From contig MU058844.1 in the NCBI GenBank assembly GCA_013265495.1, forward strand, positions 3,079,520 to 3,143,519: a stretch of DNA of 64,000 bases. The letters run 5' to 3'. The notes below the pieces were generated by a model. The model was not told the DNA's origin. It did no database searches and worked only from the letters and a program-made list of their open reading frames with translations. Within the stretch, counting starts at the first letter, position 1; the number at the start of each line of letters is the position of its first letter. The DNA is from Vicugna vicugna (taxonomy: Eukaryota). The position numbers and the translations under genes were made by a program. Of the stretch, positions 62,645-64,000 are shown piece by piece.

Positions 62645-62905
62645 CAGTGGCATCTAAGAGCTGATTGGCTCTGGGGTCAGACAAACACTGGTTTAAATCC
62701 CAGCCCTTCTTTCACCAGCTATTTGCCTTTGGACAAGACACTTGATTAAGACTCAATCTTATCTTCTATAAAATGGAGATGATAGTATTGTCCACCTCGT
62801 GGAACTGTCATGAGAATTAAATGAGATGATATATAAGAAGCACACAGAATCCGGCACATAGAAAACACTCAAAACTTTTAACTGTCAGTATAATCATGAT
62901 TGTTA
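62645..62905 (+). mobile_element. MIR (near full length)
   Basis: ggctctggggtcagac...tttaaatcccagc...ctataaaatggagatgatagta...gagaattaaatgagatgat...ggcacatag. Confidence 0.85.
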
Positions 62906-63149
62906 AGAATGGTGGCAGTGGAAATGGAAAGACAAGGGATAAGGGTCACTTTGAAGACAATGTGATTAGGACACAGTAAATGTCTCCAGACTTTCTAACT
63001 GATCACTGAAACTTACTTGTTTAGGAAGTTGGTGGAGTCTAAAACCTTGCCTGATGTAGTCTGTCATGCCAGATATGTCACCCAAATCAGTTCTGTCCAC
63101 ATAGGGCAAAATATGGTCAGGACCATATTGTGAAGATTTCAGATTTAAC

Positions 63150-63375
63150 ATCATTGTCCAACAGGACTTTTTACAGTGAAGGAAATATTCTACATTGGAA
63201 CTGTCCAGTATCATAGACACTAGCCACGTGTGGTTATTGAGCCCCTAAAGTGTGGCAAGTACAACTAAGGAACTGTTTTTTTTTAAATTAATTTCATCAT
63301 ATTAATTAACAAATTTAATTTTAATTAAATGTGAATGGCCGCATGTGGCTAGTGGCTGCTTCTCTAGACACTTGT
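63150..63375. mobile_element. MER3 hAT-Charlie MITE
   Basis: tgtccaacaggacttt...ggaaatattcta...ctgtccagta...actagccacgtgtggttattgagc...catgtggctagtggct. Confidence 0.85.
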
Positions 63376-64000
63376 ACAGCTGCTATCATATCCAAGAAGG
63401 TCACTGATCAGGATGTAAACCCTGAGTGCAGATGCAGTCGGTATTGCTGGCTGGTGGCTGTGAGTACAGAAGATGTGCTCATAGGATCTCTCCCAAACTA
63501 GAAGCAGATTAGAACATAAGCTGAGATCACGACCACCTCAGAAGCAGAAAGTCCAATTCTTCATTTTATAATCCAAAGCTAACTTTGAATATGTTTACAT
63601 TATCTAATAGTTTACATAAATCTGAAGGGTGGATAGAGAAAAGGAAGTGAGTTAGGAGGTAAGAAAATAAGATGGGAGACACTGAAGACAGAAGTCCATC
63701 ATCTAGTCAGGAAGGAGTTAGGGTCCATCTGTTGCTCTCAGTCTCTGTGTACAAGTGGAGCTTGAGATGGAGGAGAAAGGAAGTAGTTTGATTTCACTTC
63801 TTCTTTTTGCCGTCTCCATCTATTCTTCTATTTCACTTCCAGTTTTAACCCTTAAACTAACTGCTTCCCTCCTCTGTCTTATTCCACAGTAGTGACAGCA
63901 CAGAGAAATATATAAGCATTCTGGGAAGCTCCTTTTGTCTTTCATAATTGAAGTAGAGGAACCAGGACAAGACAGATGGAGACATTGAACCGTGGTACAG

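Overview
AT-rich, CpG-depleted eutherian genomic DNA (intergenic or deep intronic), with no CpG island and no intact protein-coding gene I can recognise. It is most likely camelid: two short tRNA-derived SINEs of the Vic-1/SINE1_Vpa type are present and I see no Alu, B1, Bov-A, PRE1 or CAN SINEs. Much of the window is transposable-element fossil: L2, MIR, old L1M, younger artiodactyl/camelid L1 3' ends with target-site duplications, MaLR/ERVL solo LTRs, and hAT and Tigger MITEs. These were identified from remembered consensus motifs, so subfamily names and the boundaries of old elements are approximate. The most notable non-repeat signal lies in a nearly TE-free stretch at about 25.1-32.4 kb. 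It holds a minus-strand chain of short exon-like segments with good AG/GT boundaries, lengths mostly multiples of 3 (81, 27, 48, 63 nt) and mostly compatible with phase-1 joining, some carrying single stop or splice lesions. This is a candidate unannotated or decayed (unitary pseudogene) multi-exon gene that I cannot name. Other curiosities are a Tigger2-ended MITE that appears to have captured a MIR fragment, a 5'-inverted (twin-primed) L1 insertion, a composite L1 3' insertion within one TSD pair, a SINE with a fold-back tail, and a 115-bp pure-purine GAA/GGA tract.
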